Source of the DNA: Pseudothermotoga sp.
Lineage (GTDB): Bacteria > Thermotogota > Thermotogae > Thermotogales > DSM-5069
DNA length: 64,000 nt
Reading direction: 5' to 3' (one strand)
NCBI GenBank assembly: GCA_031962025.1
Contig: JAVRKW010000006.1
Shown: one piece after another, positions 19,163 through 28,861 of the stretch
Numbering within the stretch: the first letter of the stretch is position 1
Layout: each line of letters starts with the position of its first letter
Translations under genes and position numbers: made by a program
Notes under the pieces: model-generated
Database searches by the model: none
Seen by the model: only the letters and a program-made list of their open reading frames with translations
Told to the model about the DNA's origin: nothing

Positions 19163-20169
19163 ACGATCAGCTCCTCGCCACCACCTTTGGCTACGATTAT
19201 TTCACCGGCTTCTTCAAGTCTTCTCACAACATTTATGATCTTCTGCTGGGCTTCTTCGACGTCTTTTATCCTGACAGGTCCCATGTACTCCAGTTCATCC
19301 TGAAGCAATTGAGCAGCTCTCTTGGAGATATTTTTGAATATCTTTTCTTTAACTTCCTCTGAAGCGCCCTTGAGAGCGAGTGCCAGGTCTTTGGTCTCCA
19401 CTTCACGCAGAATCAACTGTACTGATCTGTCATCGAGTTTTGTCAGATCTTCAAAGACAAACATTCTGCGCCTGATTTCTTCTGCCAACTCAGGTGAATC
19501 ATAGCCGAGTTTCTCCATTATTTTCTTTTCCGATGATCGATCTAAACTGTTCATGATCTCTGCCGCTGTATCAACACCGCCCACCTGACTGAAGCTCTGG
19601 CTGACAAACCCTGACAATTTCCTTTCCAGATTTTTCTCGATTTCTCTTATGACGTCTGGAGAAGAACGCTCCAGTAACGCTATTCTTTTTACAACTTCAA
19701 CCTGAAGGTCTTCGGAAAGCGATGACAGGATTCTTCCTGCAAGTTGCGGCTCAAGATAACTCAATATCAGAGCAATTGTTTGGGGATGTTCGCTCTGTAA
19801 AAAATTGACCAGCTGTATGGGATCGGTTTGTTTGAGAAAATCGAATGGTTTTACCTGAAGGTTAGAAACCAGTCTTTCAATGATCTTCATTGCTTTTTCT
19901 GGTCCAAAGGCTTTTTGCAGGACTTCTTTGGCATATTCGATCCCGCCCTGTGAGATCATCTCTCTTGCACGGGCAATTTCTTGAAACTCTGAAAGAACAG
20001 ATCTTTTTTCTTCATCGGATATCTTTCCAACGTTGGCTATCTCAATTGTTAACTGTTCGACATCAGATTCATCAAGGTGTTTCAATACAGATGCGGCTTT
20101 CTCTGGTCCAAGCATAACGAGCAAAACCGCGGCTTTTCTTCTTCCACTGATCTGTTTTTTCTCAGCCAT
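19159..20169 (-). CDS. fliG: Flagellar motor switch protein
   Basis: KAAVLLVMLG, EHPQTIALILSYL, MFVFEDL, GPVR. Confidence 0.97.
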   Translation of the reverse strand: MAEKKQISGRRKAAVLLVMLGPEKAASVLKHLDESDVEQLTIEIANVGKISDEEKRSVLSEFQEIARAREMISQGGIEYAKEVLQKAFGPEKAMKIIERLVSNLQVKPFDFLKQTDPIQLVNFLQSEHPQTIALILSYLEPQLAGRILSSLSEDLQVEVVKRIALLERSSPDVIREIEKNLERKLSGFVSQSFSQVGGVDTAAEIMNSLDRSSEKKIMEKLGYDSPELAEEIRRRMFVFEDLTKLDDRSVQLILREVETKDLALALKGASEEVKEKIFKNISKRAAQLLQDELEYMGPVRIKDVEEAQQKIINVVRRLEEAGEIIVAKGGGEELIV

Positions 20170-20170
20170 C

Positions 20171-21793
20171 TCATATCCCTCTTTCCACCAACCAGAGTTT
20201 TATGATACTTGCAACTTCTTCTGGTGACTCTTTGTAGATCTTTTCCAGGTTTTCTTTGAGTTCAAGCAATGCCTGCTGCTCTGGTGTGAGAGGTGCTTCT
20301 TTGACTTTTTCTTCCTCGAGCACTTTCTTTAATTCTTCTTCCATTCTCAGCTTTCTCTGTTCCACTGCTTTTCTTCCTTTGATTCTTCTGAGCTGTATGA
20401 TGATCAGATAAATCAAGAAGAAGCAGAGTATGAACAGAACACTCAAGCCAAAGATCATCATGGAAAAGCGTCTCTTTTTTTCCATTTCAGCCAAACTTTT
20501 CTGGTATTCTTCTTCTATGGATCTGTCAAAAGGTAAAAAGGCAACTGAAATAGAAAGTTTTGGATCGCTCGAATTGGCTCCGATACCCTTGCTGACAAGG
20601 TCTGAAACAATACCAGCCCATTTGACCCTTTCATTTTCGTCGAATTTTTGAAAAACCGATGAGGAAGCATCTATTACAACAGACAGACTAAGGGCTTCGA
20701 TTTCTCCTTCTTTGTTTTGAACAACATTTTCGACGATGCTGTTCAGCTCGTAGTTGGTTATCGTATGGGTTTTTTCATAAGTCGAAGTTCCTTCACCTGT
20801 TGCACTTGGATAGGTGGGGGGTATGTTTGAGTCTGTGCCAACTGCACCATTTGCCGGTGGTTGATTTGTGCTTTTTTCTGATTCCTGTTCCTGACTTCTG
20901 ATGATCCCCCCCTGTCTTGTAACTGGTTCATATTTCGTGGACTGTTTTTCTATTTTTTCCCAGTTCAATCTGATGTCTGGAATGACCTCAACTCTACTCG
21001 GTCCAAATACGGCTTCAAGTGTCTGTTTTATCTTTTTTCCGTAATAAGCTTCAAGGCTCATCTTCAGCTCAGTTCTACTCGAAGCCAGAAGCATATCACT
21101 TGAGGTAATTACCTTGTCGCTCAGTACCCTCGACATCTGGTCGACCACTTTTACATTCTCCAGTTTCATCCCTTCGACAGCACCGGCTACCAGCTCCATT
21201 ATTCCCTTTACCTGATTTTGTGTTAGATCTTGACCGGGTTGCAGAACTACCAGAACAGATGCTCTGGGCTCAGCCATTTCACCGCGTACATAATAGGTGT
21301 ATTTTGGTAGGGTGAGGTGAACACGTGCCGCTTTAACACCGCTTATGGTCATAATACTGCGTTCGAGTTCTCCTTGCAAAGCAACCTGGTATCTAACCTG
21401 TCTGTCAAAACTGGTCGCTCCAAAACTCTGCTGATCGAGAATTTCAAATCCCTTGGTAGCCGCACCGAGTACACCCATAGAGGCAAGCTTCATTCTCAAT
21501 TCATAAACGTTGTATTTATCCGGAACGAGTATCCTTCCGGGCTCGACTTTGTATTGTACGTTCATTGTTTGAAGTTGCTGAATCAAATACCCTGATTGTT
21601 CATCGGTCAATCCGCTGACCAGCAGCACATACCTTGGAGTTGTGAAAACCACGAGCATTACAATGCTCACAACCAGTATTGCCACACCAATGCCCGTGAA
21701 CAGTATCTTGCTGGGGACTGGAAGTGCCTTCCATTTTTCATACAGGTTCTTAAAGTATCCCCAGACTTTCTTCAGAAAGTTCAAACTCACCAC
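20171..21793 (-). CDS. fliF: Flagellar MS-ring protein
   Basis: GFEILD, FGATSF, ALQGELERSI, ARVHL; two TM segments. Confidence 0.96.
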   Translation of the reverse strand: MVSLNFLKKVWGYFKNLYEKWKALPVPSKILFTGIGVAILVVSIVMLVVFTTPRYVLLVSGLTDEQSGYLIQQLQTMNVQYKVEPGRILVPDKYNVYELRMKLASMGVLGAATKGFEILDQQSFGATSFDRQVRYQVALQGELERSIMTISGVKAARVHLTLPKYTYYVRGEMAEPRASVLVVLQPGQDLTQNQVKGIMELVAGAVEGMKLENVKVVDQMSRVLSDKVITSSDMLLASSRTELKMSLEAYYGKKIKQTLEAVFGPSRVEVIPDIRLNWEKIEKQSTKYEPVTRQGGIIRSQEQESEKSTNQPPANGAVGTDSNIPPTYPSATGEGTSTYEKTHTITNYELNSIVENVVQNKEGEIEALSLSVVIDASSSVFQKFDENERVKWAGIVSDLVSKGIGANSSDPKLSISVAFLPFDRSIEEEYQKSLAEMEKKRRFSMMIFGLSVLFILCFFLIYLIIIQLRRIKGRKAVEQRKLRMEEELKKVLEEEKVKEAPLTPEQQALLELKENLEKIYKESPEEVASIIKLWLVERGI

Positions 21794-21809
21794 TCCCTGT
21801 TATACTATT

Positions 21810-22709
21810 CTATTTTATCACTCCTATGTGCAAGCCCTTGGAAGAAAAGCCGGCATCGATGTAAAGCTGCCATATTTTGAGTAGAACAGACAGGTCAAAG
21901 TCTTGGGAGCTTAGTAGAAATTGTACACCAAAGTCTGGAATTTTTCTATAGCAAACCCCTATCGTTGGATTGAAATTTTTCTCGCCAATTATCAGGGAAA
22001 AAGATTGGGTGATAGTTGGGTAGGCAAGCACAAAGTGAGAAATGCCATCAGGGGAAAAATCTATTCCAGTTGCAAGATCCACTATTCCAAAGATTGAAAA
22101 GTAAAAGTTCGAACCGGCAGAGTAATTTTCCCCGATTTGTGCGTATGGCTGGATGTACAGCACATCCTTCAAAAAAACTGGCTGGTCTTTCAACCTATTT
22201 GACTCGCTCAAAACTTTTCTGGAATACTCAAAACCGCTTTTGCTTGGTCCGTACAGCTCCACCTTACCGGGTCCTTCGTAATAAGCGGAAAGTGCATACT
22301 CGATTTTTCCAAATTTGTTTTTCAGGATGTTCAGATATCGATTTGCCCCGTCTATTGACCAGAAGATGTTGAATGGATTGAGCACACCAAGCTGCTGGGC
22401 GGTAGATGGCATAAGCTGTGTTAAACCCATCGCGCCTTTTTCTGACAGGGCATGGATGAAAAAACCAGATTCCACACTTATCAAGCCTTTGATCAGGTCT
22501 CTGTTTTGATCCGGCAGCATCCAATCGACTGGTACAGATGTGTAAAAAAATGGTTGAAAAATAGACAACTTGAACTGGTTGTTGTACAATTCTATGGAAA
22601 AGTGAGTTGTTGGATTTGTAAGAAAAAACAAAGGATCTGAGAAGATCGAGCACGAAAAAATTATCAAAATGAAAAGGACGGTCTTTTGCATCACATCACC
22701 CTTTTTCAT
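21810..22709 (-). CDS. Exported lytic transglycosylase (SLT domain) with beta-rich C-terminal region
   Basis: VESGF, ALSEKGAMGLTQLMPSTA, ALSAYYEGPG; signal peptide. Confidence 0.85.
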   Translation of the reverse strand: MKKGDVMQKTVLFILIIFSCSIFSDPLFFLTNPTTHFSIELYNNQFKLSIFQPFFYTSVPVDWMLPDQNRDLIKGLISVESGFFIHALSEKGAMGLTQLMPSTAQQLGVLNPFNIFWSIDGANRYLNILKNKFGKIEYALSAYYEGPGKVELYGPSKSGFEYSRKVLSESNRLKDQPVFLKDVLYIQPYAQIGENYSAGSNFYFSIFGIVDLATGIDFSPDGISHFVLAYPTITQSFSLIIGEKNFNPTIGVCYRKIPDFGVQFLLSSQDFDLSVLLKIWQLYIDAGFSSKGLHIGVIK

Positions 22710-22732
22710 TATAGAAGATTTGAGGTGGTTTT

Positions 22733-23272
22733 TTGAACTGGGTAATCGATCTTGAAAAACTCACTAAAGAGCGCAGGATAATACTAAAAGGTATATACGA
22801 GGCACAGACAGTTGAACTTCCCAATATGCAGTGCAGAGTTCTTCAACCGATAGAGGTTAAGATAGTAGCTGTCGTGACAAAGGATGGCATTGCTGTTGGT
22901 GGTTATGTTAAAACAGTTCTGGAACATCCCTGTGATAGGTGTCTGAAACCTGTTGAATTGAAAATCCACGGTACTATTGAAGCACTTTACAAACCACTGA
23001 GCGAGGCACCAAAGGAAAAAGAAGAAGAATTAAAATCTCTCAGAAACGTGTTATACTACTCATCGGACAGTATAGATCTGTCAGAAAGAATAATAGAAGC
23101 AATAGTTGTCGATGTGCCGATGAAAGTACTCTGTAAACCTGACTGCAAAGGATTGTGTCCCTACTGTGGGGCTGATTTGAATGAAGATCCAAATCATACT
23201 TGTGAGGAATACAAAATAGATCCAAGGTTGAGCAAGTTACTTTTATTGAAGAAAACGAACAAGGAGGGTTAG
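22733..23272 (+). CDS. YceD/DUF177 family protein
   Basis: PCDRCL, PMKVLCKPDCKGLCPYCGADLN, IDPRL; directly before rpmF. Confidence 0.92.
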   Translation: MNWVIDLEKLTKERRIILKGIYEAQTVELPNMQCRVLQPIEVKIVAVVTKDGIAVGGYVKTVLEHPCDRCLKPVELKIHGTIEALYKPLSEAPKEKEEELKSLRNVLYYSSDSIDLSERIIEAIVVDVPMKVLCKPDCKGLCPYCGADLNEDPNHTCEEYKIDPRLSKLLLLKKTNKEG

Positions 23273-23275
23273 TAG

Positions 23276-23458
23276 ATGGCAGTTCCAAAATATAAGCGAA
23301 CAAGATCAAGGACGCATGCCAAACGCGCAAAGATTTACAGAGCCATTACTGTACCTGTCAGTAAGTGTCCAAATTGTGGTCAGCCAAAATTGCCGCACAG
23401 GGTTTGCCTGCACTGCGGGTATTACAACGGAAGGCAAGTCCTGGAAATAGCAGAGTGA
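23276..23458 (+). CDS. rpmF: 50S ribosomal protein L32 (Zn-ribbon type)
   Basis: MAVPK...CPNCG...PHRVCLHCGYYNGR. Confidence 0.97.
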   Translation: MAVPKYKRTRSRTHAKRAKIYRAITVPVSKCPNCGQPKLPHRVCLHCGYYNGRQVLEIAE

Positions 23459-23462
23459 GGCA

Positions 23463-24467
23463 ATGGTACGTGTCGCACTTGATTTGATGGGAGGAGACAG
23501 GGCACCCACCGAAATTCTGGAGGGTGCCAGGTTGTCTTCTTCACAGGATGTGAAGATCACACTCATAGGAACAGAACAAGCTCTAAAGGGAATAGATGGC
23601 TTTGAGAAAGTACAAGTTGATGATTTTCTGCCGATGGATGTGAAACCCACAGAAGTTCTTCGAAGAAAAAACTCCTCCATGTACACTGGTTTGAAATTGC
23701 TGAAAGATGGCAATGTGGACGTTTTTGTCAGTGCCGGCAATACCGGTGCACTTCTTGCAGGTGCAACTTTTGTGCTTGGCAGACTCGATGGTGTAGAAAG
23801 ACCCGCTCTGGGTGTGCCAGTTCCTTCAACTGATGGTTTCACGATTTTGATCGATGCGGGTGCGAATGCGCATGTCAGAGCAGAACACCTTGTTGATTTT
23901 GCTGTCATGGGTTTTTCGTACGCAAAAGTCCTTGGACGTGAAAAGCCGAAAATTGGATTGCTGAACGTTGGTGAGGAAGAAACAAAAGGGGACGAAGTGA
24001 CAAAGCAGGCATATCTTCTTCTGAAAGAAAACTTTCCAGAAAATTTCGTTGGAAATATTGAAGGGCACGATATAAACACAGGCAAAGTGGATGTGGTTGT
24101 ATCGGATGGTTTTTCTGGAAATGTTGCCATGAAGACGATGGAAGGAACGGCAAAGATGATTCTGCAGACTTTGAAACGCAAAGTGGATGGTGCTGGATTG
24201 TTGCAGAAGCTTGGAGCACTGTTGATGAAAAAGGTTTTTGCCGAGTTGAAAAAAACACTCGATCCACGCACATACGGTGGAGCCTTCATCCTTGGTGTTA
24301 ACGGGCTTGTGGTTAAAGCCCATGGATCATCTGATAGATTTGCAATTTCAAATGCCATCAAGGTTGCCTGTCAGGGAGCTCAGATGCGAATAGTCGATGG
24401 AATAAGGAGTGAGATAAGACGTGTGCGGGATAGTGGGGCTAACAGGTCAACAGATCAAAGTCAATGA
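23463..24467 (+). CDS. plsX: Phosphate acyltransferase
   Basis: ALDLMGGDRAP, SAGNTGA, DAGANA, LLNVGEE, DGFSGNV, KAHGSS. Confidence 0.96.
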   Translation: MVRVALDLMGGDRAPTEILEGARLSSSQDVKITLIGTEQALKGIDGFEKVQVDDFLPMDVKPTEVLRRKNSSMYTGLKLLKDGNVDVFVSAGNTGALLAGATFVLGRLDGVERPALGVPVPSTDGFTILIDAGANAHVRAEHLVDFAVMGFSYAKVLGREKPKIGLLNVGEEETKGDEVTKQAYLLLKENFPENFVGNIEGHDINTGKVDVVVSDGFSGNVAMKTMEGTAKMILQTLKRKVDGAGLLQKLGALLMKKVFAELKKTLDPRTYGGAFILGVNGLVVKAHGSSDRFAISNAIKVACQGAQMRIVDGIRSEIRRVRDSGANRSTDQSQ

Positions 24468-26238
24468 TCTAATTGAAGCCCTCGAAAAACTCGAATATCG
24501 CGGTTATGACTCTGCCGGCGTTGCGTTTTTAAAAGATAGCAAACTGTGCATTAGTAAGTCTAAGGGAAAGGTCGAAAATCTGAAAAATCAGTTACAGGAT
24601 AATTTGAGTCAGATAATCCAGACAGGTATTGCTCATACGCGCTGGGCTACACACGGTGAGCCCAATGATGTCAATGCCCATCCTCACTGTGATTGTTCTT
24701 GCAAGATATCTGTTGTCCACAACGGCATAATCGAGAATTTCAGATCTCTAAAGGTCAGACTGCAGGAATTGGGACATAAATTTCTCTCTCAAACGGACAC
24801 AGAGGTAATCCCGCACTTAATAGAGGAATACTACAACGGTGATTTGCTTGAAGCTGTTAGAAAAGCCGTTCTGAAACTCGAAGGAAGTTATGCCATAGCT
24901 GTTGTCCATAGCGATCATCCGGATATCATCGTTGGAGCAAGGAAGGGCAGCCCGTTGGTTGTTGGTATGAACGGGCAAATTACGGGACTGGCATCTGATG
25001 TTACACCATTGCTCAAATTCACAAAGGAAGTCGTTTTTTTGCAGGATGGTGAACTTGCAGAACTCTCAAGAAATACCGTAAAGATCATTGGTTTTGATGG
25101 TACCGCACGTGAATATAAGCCCGTTCACATAGAATGGTCTTATGAGGATGCACAGAAATCTGGTTATAAGCATTTCATGTTGAAGGAGATTTTCGAAGAA
25201 CCTTCGTGTATAGTGTCTGTCCTGACCGGAAGGATTAAAAACGGTTCTGTTGTTCTTGAAGAACTCAAACCGTTTGAAAAGATTCTGGAAACTTCCAGAA
25301 CACTGAAGGTAGTTGCCTGCGGGACGAGTTATCACGCCGCACTTGTGTTCAAATATCTTGTGGAGAACACAACTGATGTCACCGTCGATGTGGATGTTTC
25401 ATCGGAGTTTCGTTATAAGCGACCTCATATAAGACCCGAATCGATAGTTCTTGCTATCTCGCAATCTGGAGAAACCGCTGATACTCTGGAATCTGTACGA
25501 CTCGCAAAGAAATTTGGTGCAAAGATCATCGCCGTGACAAATGTCGTTGGCTCGACATTAACGCGCGAGTCGGATTGTGTACTCTATCTGAATGCAGGAC
25601 CAGAAATAAGCGTTGCGGCAACAAAATCTTATGTTGCACAGCTTGTGATGCTCTATTTGTTGGCGCTTAAAACAGGTGAAGTTGTAAATGGTTCTTTTAA
25701 TCTACAATTGATCGATAGACTCATGAGAGTTCCTGAGATTTTCGAGAATGTTCTAAAATCAGCAGACAAGATTCGTGAACTGGCGATTAAGTACAAAGAT
25801 TACAAACACTTTATGTACATCGGCAGAGGATACGGTTATCCCACAGCACTTGAAGGTGCTCTGAAGTTGAAAGAGATAAGTTATATTCACGCCACAGCAT
25901 ACCCTGCCGGTGAATTGAAGCACGGTCCAATAGCAATGCTTGGACCTGAGTTCCCGGTTTTTGCAATTGCTCCAGATGATTCTTTATTCTCAAAGATGAA
26001 AAGCAATATCATAGAATGCAGATCAAGAAATGCAAAGATCCTTGCCATCACAAACACTGATAATCAGGAAATTGCAGAGCTTGCAGATGACGTTATCTTT
26101 GTGAACAGCAGCAGTGAAGAACTTTATCCTCTTTTGATGACACCAGTCATTCAGTTGTTCGCTTATTTTGTTGCCGATGAATTGGGACTTGATCCGGACA
26201 AGCCCAGAAATCTTGCAAAAAGTGTGACGGTGGAGTGA
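24421..26238 (+). CDS. glmS: Glutamine--fructose-6-phosphate aminotransferase
   Basis: MCGIVG, LEYRGYDSAG, HTRWATHG, SQSGETADT, PRNLAKSVTVE. Confidence 0.98.
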   Translation: MCGIVGLTGQQIKVNDLIEALEKLEYRGYDSAGVAFLKDSKLCISKSKGKVENLKNQLQDNLSQIIQTGIAHTRWATHGEPNDVNAHPHCDCSCKISVVHNGIIENFRSLKVRLQELGHKFLSQTDTEVIPHLIEEYYNGDLLEAVRKAVLKLEGSYAIAVVHSDHPDIIVGARKGSPLVVGMNGQITGLASDVTPLLKFTKEVVFLQDGELAELSRNTVKIIGFDGTAREYKPVHIEWSYEDAQKSGYKHFMLKEIFEEPSCIVSVLTGRIKNGSVVLEELKPFEKILETSRTLKVVACGTSYHAALVFKYLVENTTDVTVDVDVSSEFRYKRPHIRPESIVLAISQSGETADTLESVRLAKKFGAKIIAVTNVVGSTLTRESDCVLYLNAGPEISVAATKSYVAQLVMLYLLALKTGEVVNGSFNLQLIDRLMRVPEIFENVLKSADKIRELAIKYKDYKHFMYIGRGYGYPTALEGALKLKEISYIHATAYPAGELKHGPIAMLGPEFPVFAIAPDDSLFSKMKSNIIECRSRNAKILAITNTDNQEIAELADDVIFVNSSSEELYPLLMTPVIQLFAYFVADELGLDPDKPRNLAKSVTVE

Positions 26239-26242
26239 TAGT

Positions 26243-26569
26243 GTGGAACTGGTTAAGAAACTCATTCAGTTGATGTATGAAAAAGAGGCTATTGACCCAG
26301 TGGTACTTGATATGTCTGAAACACCACTGCCGACGGAGTACTTTGTAATTGTGACAGCCAATTCACAGACGCACATGGGAACTCTTAGAGATGCAGTCGT
26401 TGAATTTTTCACAGCCAATGCCCATCCTTTGATTTATTTTGATAAAGGCACCGGGTATGACTGGATGCTGGTAGACGCAGGAGAGATAGTGGTCCACATT
26501 TTCACATCACATGCAAGGGAATTTTATGATCTGGAAGGTCTGTGGAGTGATGCAGCCAGGCTTGACTAA
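26243..26569 (+). CDS. rsfS: Ribosome silencing factor
   Basis: YFVIVTANS, WMLVDAGEIVVHIF, REFYDLEGLW. Confidence 0.93.
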   Translation: MELVKKLIQLMYEKEAIDPVVLDMSETPLPTEYFVIVTANSQTHMGTLRDAVVEFFTANAHPLIYFDKGTGYDWMLVDAGEIVVHIFTSHAREFYDLEGLWSDAARLD

Positions 26570-27495
26570 GCCTGACCGCTGCAACCAAGTACCGCTCTCA
26601 TTTTGTGTTTGACCAATTCCTTGATCGCATCCCTTGCAGGACCCAGGTATTTTCTTGGATCGAATTCCTCTGGATGAAGTGCAAATATTTCCCTTATTGT
26701 TGCCGTCATAGCAAGCCTTAGATCGGTGTCGATGTTAACTTTGCATATTCCCATTGTTGTTGCTTTGCGAATCATTTCCTCTGGCACACCCTGTGCCCCG
26801 GCGAGTTTTCCGCCGTACTTGTTTGCTTTTTCCACAAATTCCTGTAAAACACTTGATGCACCGTGCAGGACCAGTGGAAAACCCGGCAATCTTTTTGCTA
26901 TTTCTGAAAGCCTATCAAAATCGAGTTTGGGCTCGCCTTTGAATTTGTACGCACCATGGCTCGTGCCTATGGCAATAGCCAGTGAATCGACTTTTGTTCT
27001 TTCTACAAACTCAACGGCTTTATCCGGGTCTGTGTAACTTGCCTCTCTTTCACTCACAACGACATGCTCTTCCACACCGACGAGTCTGCCGAGTTCTCCT
27101 TCTACTACGACACCTCTTGGGTGTGCGTAATCCACAACCTGCTTTGTGAGTTTCACATTTTCTTCAAAGGGCAAATGAGATCCATCGATCATCACCGAAG
27201 TGAATCCCGCATCGATTACAGCCTTACACAGCTCAAATGAATCGCCGTGGTCAAGATGAACGCAGATAGGAATTTGTGGTGCGTCCTCAACAGCTGCTTC
27301 AATCAGTTTCATCAGATAAACCTGTTTTGCGTACTTGCGTGCACCTGCTGATATTTGAAGAATCAGCGGTGCTTTTTCTTCTTTTGCAGCTTCGATGACT
27401 CCCTGAAGGATTTCCATGTTATTGACATTGAAAGCACCTATGGCGTATTTCCCGTAAGCCTTTTTGAACATTTCTTTACTGCTGACAAGCGGCAT
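26566..27495 (-). CDS. fba: Class II fructose-1,6-bisphosphate aldolase
   Basis: GAFNVNNME, HLDHG, SVMIDGS, GTSHGAYKF, LVLHGAS, KVNIDTD. True start is ATG at 27495; the ORF-track extension overlaps the tRNA. Confidence 0.96.
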   Translation of the reverse strand: MPLVSSKEMFKKAYGKYAIGAFNVNNMEILQGVIEAAKEEKAPLILQISAGARKYAKQVYLMKLIEAAVEDAPQIPICVHLDHGDSFELCKAVIDAGFTSVMIDGSHLPFEENVKLTKQVVDYAHPRGVVVEGELGRLVGVEEHVVVSEREASYTDPDKAVEFVERTKVDSLAIAIGTSHGAYKFKGEPKLDFDRLSEIAKRLPGFPLVLHGASSVLQEFVEKANKYGGKLAGAQGVPEEMIRKATTMGICKVNIDTDLRLAMTATIREIFALHPEEFDPRKYLGPARDAIKELVKHKMRAVLGCSGQA

Positions 27496-27524
27496 TTTAA
27501 GCCCTCCCGTGGTAGGATTGAAAG

Positions 27525-27614
27525 TGGCGGAGGCGGTGGGACTCGAACCCACAAGGTGGCTTCACCACCACCGATTTTCAAGACCGGCTCCTTAGCCAAT
27601 TCGGACACGCCTCC
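27525..27614 (-). tRNA. tRNA-Ser (anticodon UGA)
   Basis: GGAGGCGTGTCCGAATTGGCTAAGGAG-CCGGT-CT-TGA-AA-ATCGG, long variable arm, GTGGG-TTCGAGT-CCCAC-CGCCTCC-G-CCA. Confidence 0.97.
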
Positions 27615-27622
27615 AAGATTAT

Positions 27623-27650
27623 ATTATACTCAAGCGGCAAAGTTTTGCAA
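27623..27650 (-). promoter_or_regulatory. Sigma70-type promoter for tRNA-Ser/fba
   Basis: TTGCAA-N16-TATAAT ending 8 nt upstream of the tRNA 5' end. Confidence 0.7.
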
Positions 27651-27678
27651 GGATCAAGTGAAAAGAGGGGATTGATCT

Positions 27679-28860
27679 GTGAAAATAGCAATTCTCAATC
27701 ACTACGCGAGTTTACCACAAATGGGAAGCTCGGAGACCAGACACTTTGAACTGGCAAAGAGGTTTCTGAGTGACGGACATACTGTAGATATATACGTTGG
27801 TGAATTTTCACACCTGAACAGTAAACCGTGGAATGAGACTTATTTTGAGGTGCAGGGAGTCAGGTTTTTTGTCATCAAGACGAGAAAATATCTTGGCAAT
27901 TCTCTGTCAAGGTTTCTTTCCTGCTGTGATTATTTCATGAACGGTAAAAAGATCATCATAAAAAACGAGTACGATGTTGTGATTGCCTCTTCGCCACATC
28001 CTTTCTCCTGGGCTCTTGGCTGGTACTACTGTAAAAGGAAAAAAGCAAAGTTCACAATAGAGATAAGGGATGTCTGGCCAGATGATCTTGTGGCTCTTGG
28101 AATGATGAACTATTCAAACCCTGTTGCGCGGTTTTTCAGTTATATGTGCAAAAAATACTATCCCAGGGCATCAGAAATAATTAGCCTTGTACCAGATCTT
28201 TCAGCGCATTTCAATCGCCTTGGCTTGCACAGCAGGGATATTCTGTACATTCCAAACGGTGTTGATTTTCAGATGTTTAAAGACCCAGAACGATGTGAAA
28301 AAATAGATGAAATATTCTCAAAAATACCCAAGGCAATCAGAGTTGTTTATGCCGGCTCGATTGTTCCACACAATGGTGTCAAAGAATTTATCCAGTTGAT
28401 CAATCAGGTTGACCAGCGCGTGGTTGAAAATTTCGTTTTCATATTCGTTGGTCCATACCATAAAGATTATCTTTCACAGATAAAAGCGATAGCAAAGGAG
28501 AATTTCTTTTTCTTTGAACCTGTGCCAAAAACGTGCATACCTTATTTGTTTTCAAAAAGTGATTTATTGTTGTTCACACTTTCCCAGGCACAGATGAATA
28601 ATCCCGCCGTTAGTTCTTACAAGGTACTCGATTACATGGCATCTGGTAAGCCTGTGTTGAGTGTTGACATCGATGGATTGTTATTCAAATCGACAAATGG
28701 AGCCATTTTTTACAAGGATCGATACAGCCTTCAACATGCCCTTGAACGAGTTTTGAATCAGAACATATCAGAGCTTGGAAAGAATAACGTTGAATACATT
28801 CTAAAAGAAAGAACTTGGGAGATCCTCTATGAGAAAATGAAGAAGGCTATCATTTCTTGA
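27679..28860 (+). CDS. Glycosyltransferase family 4 (WbuB-like)
   Basis: ASSPHP, EIRDVWP, IPNGVD, YAGSI, YKVLDYMASGKPV. Confidence 0.9.
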   Translation: MKIAILNHYASLPQMGSSETRHFELAKRFLSDGHTVDIYVGEFSHLNSKPWNETYFEVQGVRFFVIKTRKYLGNSLSRFLSCCDYFMNGKKIIIKNEYDVVIASSPHPFSWALGWYYCKRKKAKFTIEIRDVWPDDLVALGMMNYSNPVARFFSYMCKKYYPRASEIISLVPDLSAHFNRLGLHSRDILYIPNGVDFQMFKDPERCEKIDEIFSKIPKAIRVVYAGSIVPHNGVKEFIQLINQVDQRVVENFVFIFVGPYHKDYLSQIKAIAKENFFFFEPVPKTCIPYLFSKSDLLLFTLSQAQMNNPAVSSYKVLDYMASGKPVLSVDIDGLLFKSTNGAIFYKDRYSLQHALERVLNQNISELGKNNVEYILKERTWEILYEKMKKAIIS

Positions 28861-28861
28861 T

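Noticed and set aside
23306..24361. 351-aa antisense ORF over rpmF/plsX, and other long antisense ORFs such as 63248-63925
   Set aside because: Shadow frames of well-supported genes with no recognisable motifs.
27496..27552. N-terminal extension of fba
   Set aside because: It overlaps tRNA-Ser; the SD points to the ATG at 27495.
27525..27614. tRNA-Sec or a suppressor tRNA
   Set aside because: The anticodon is UGA (reads UCA, Ser), not UCA, and the acceptor stem is a normal 7 bp.
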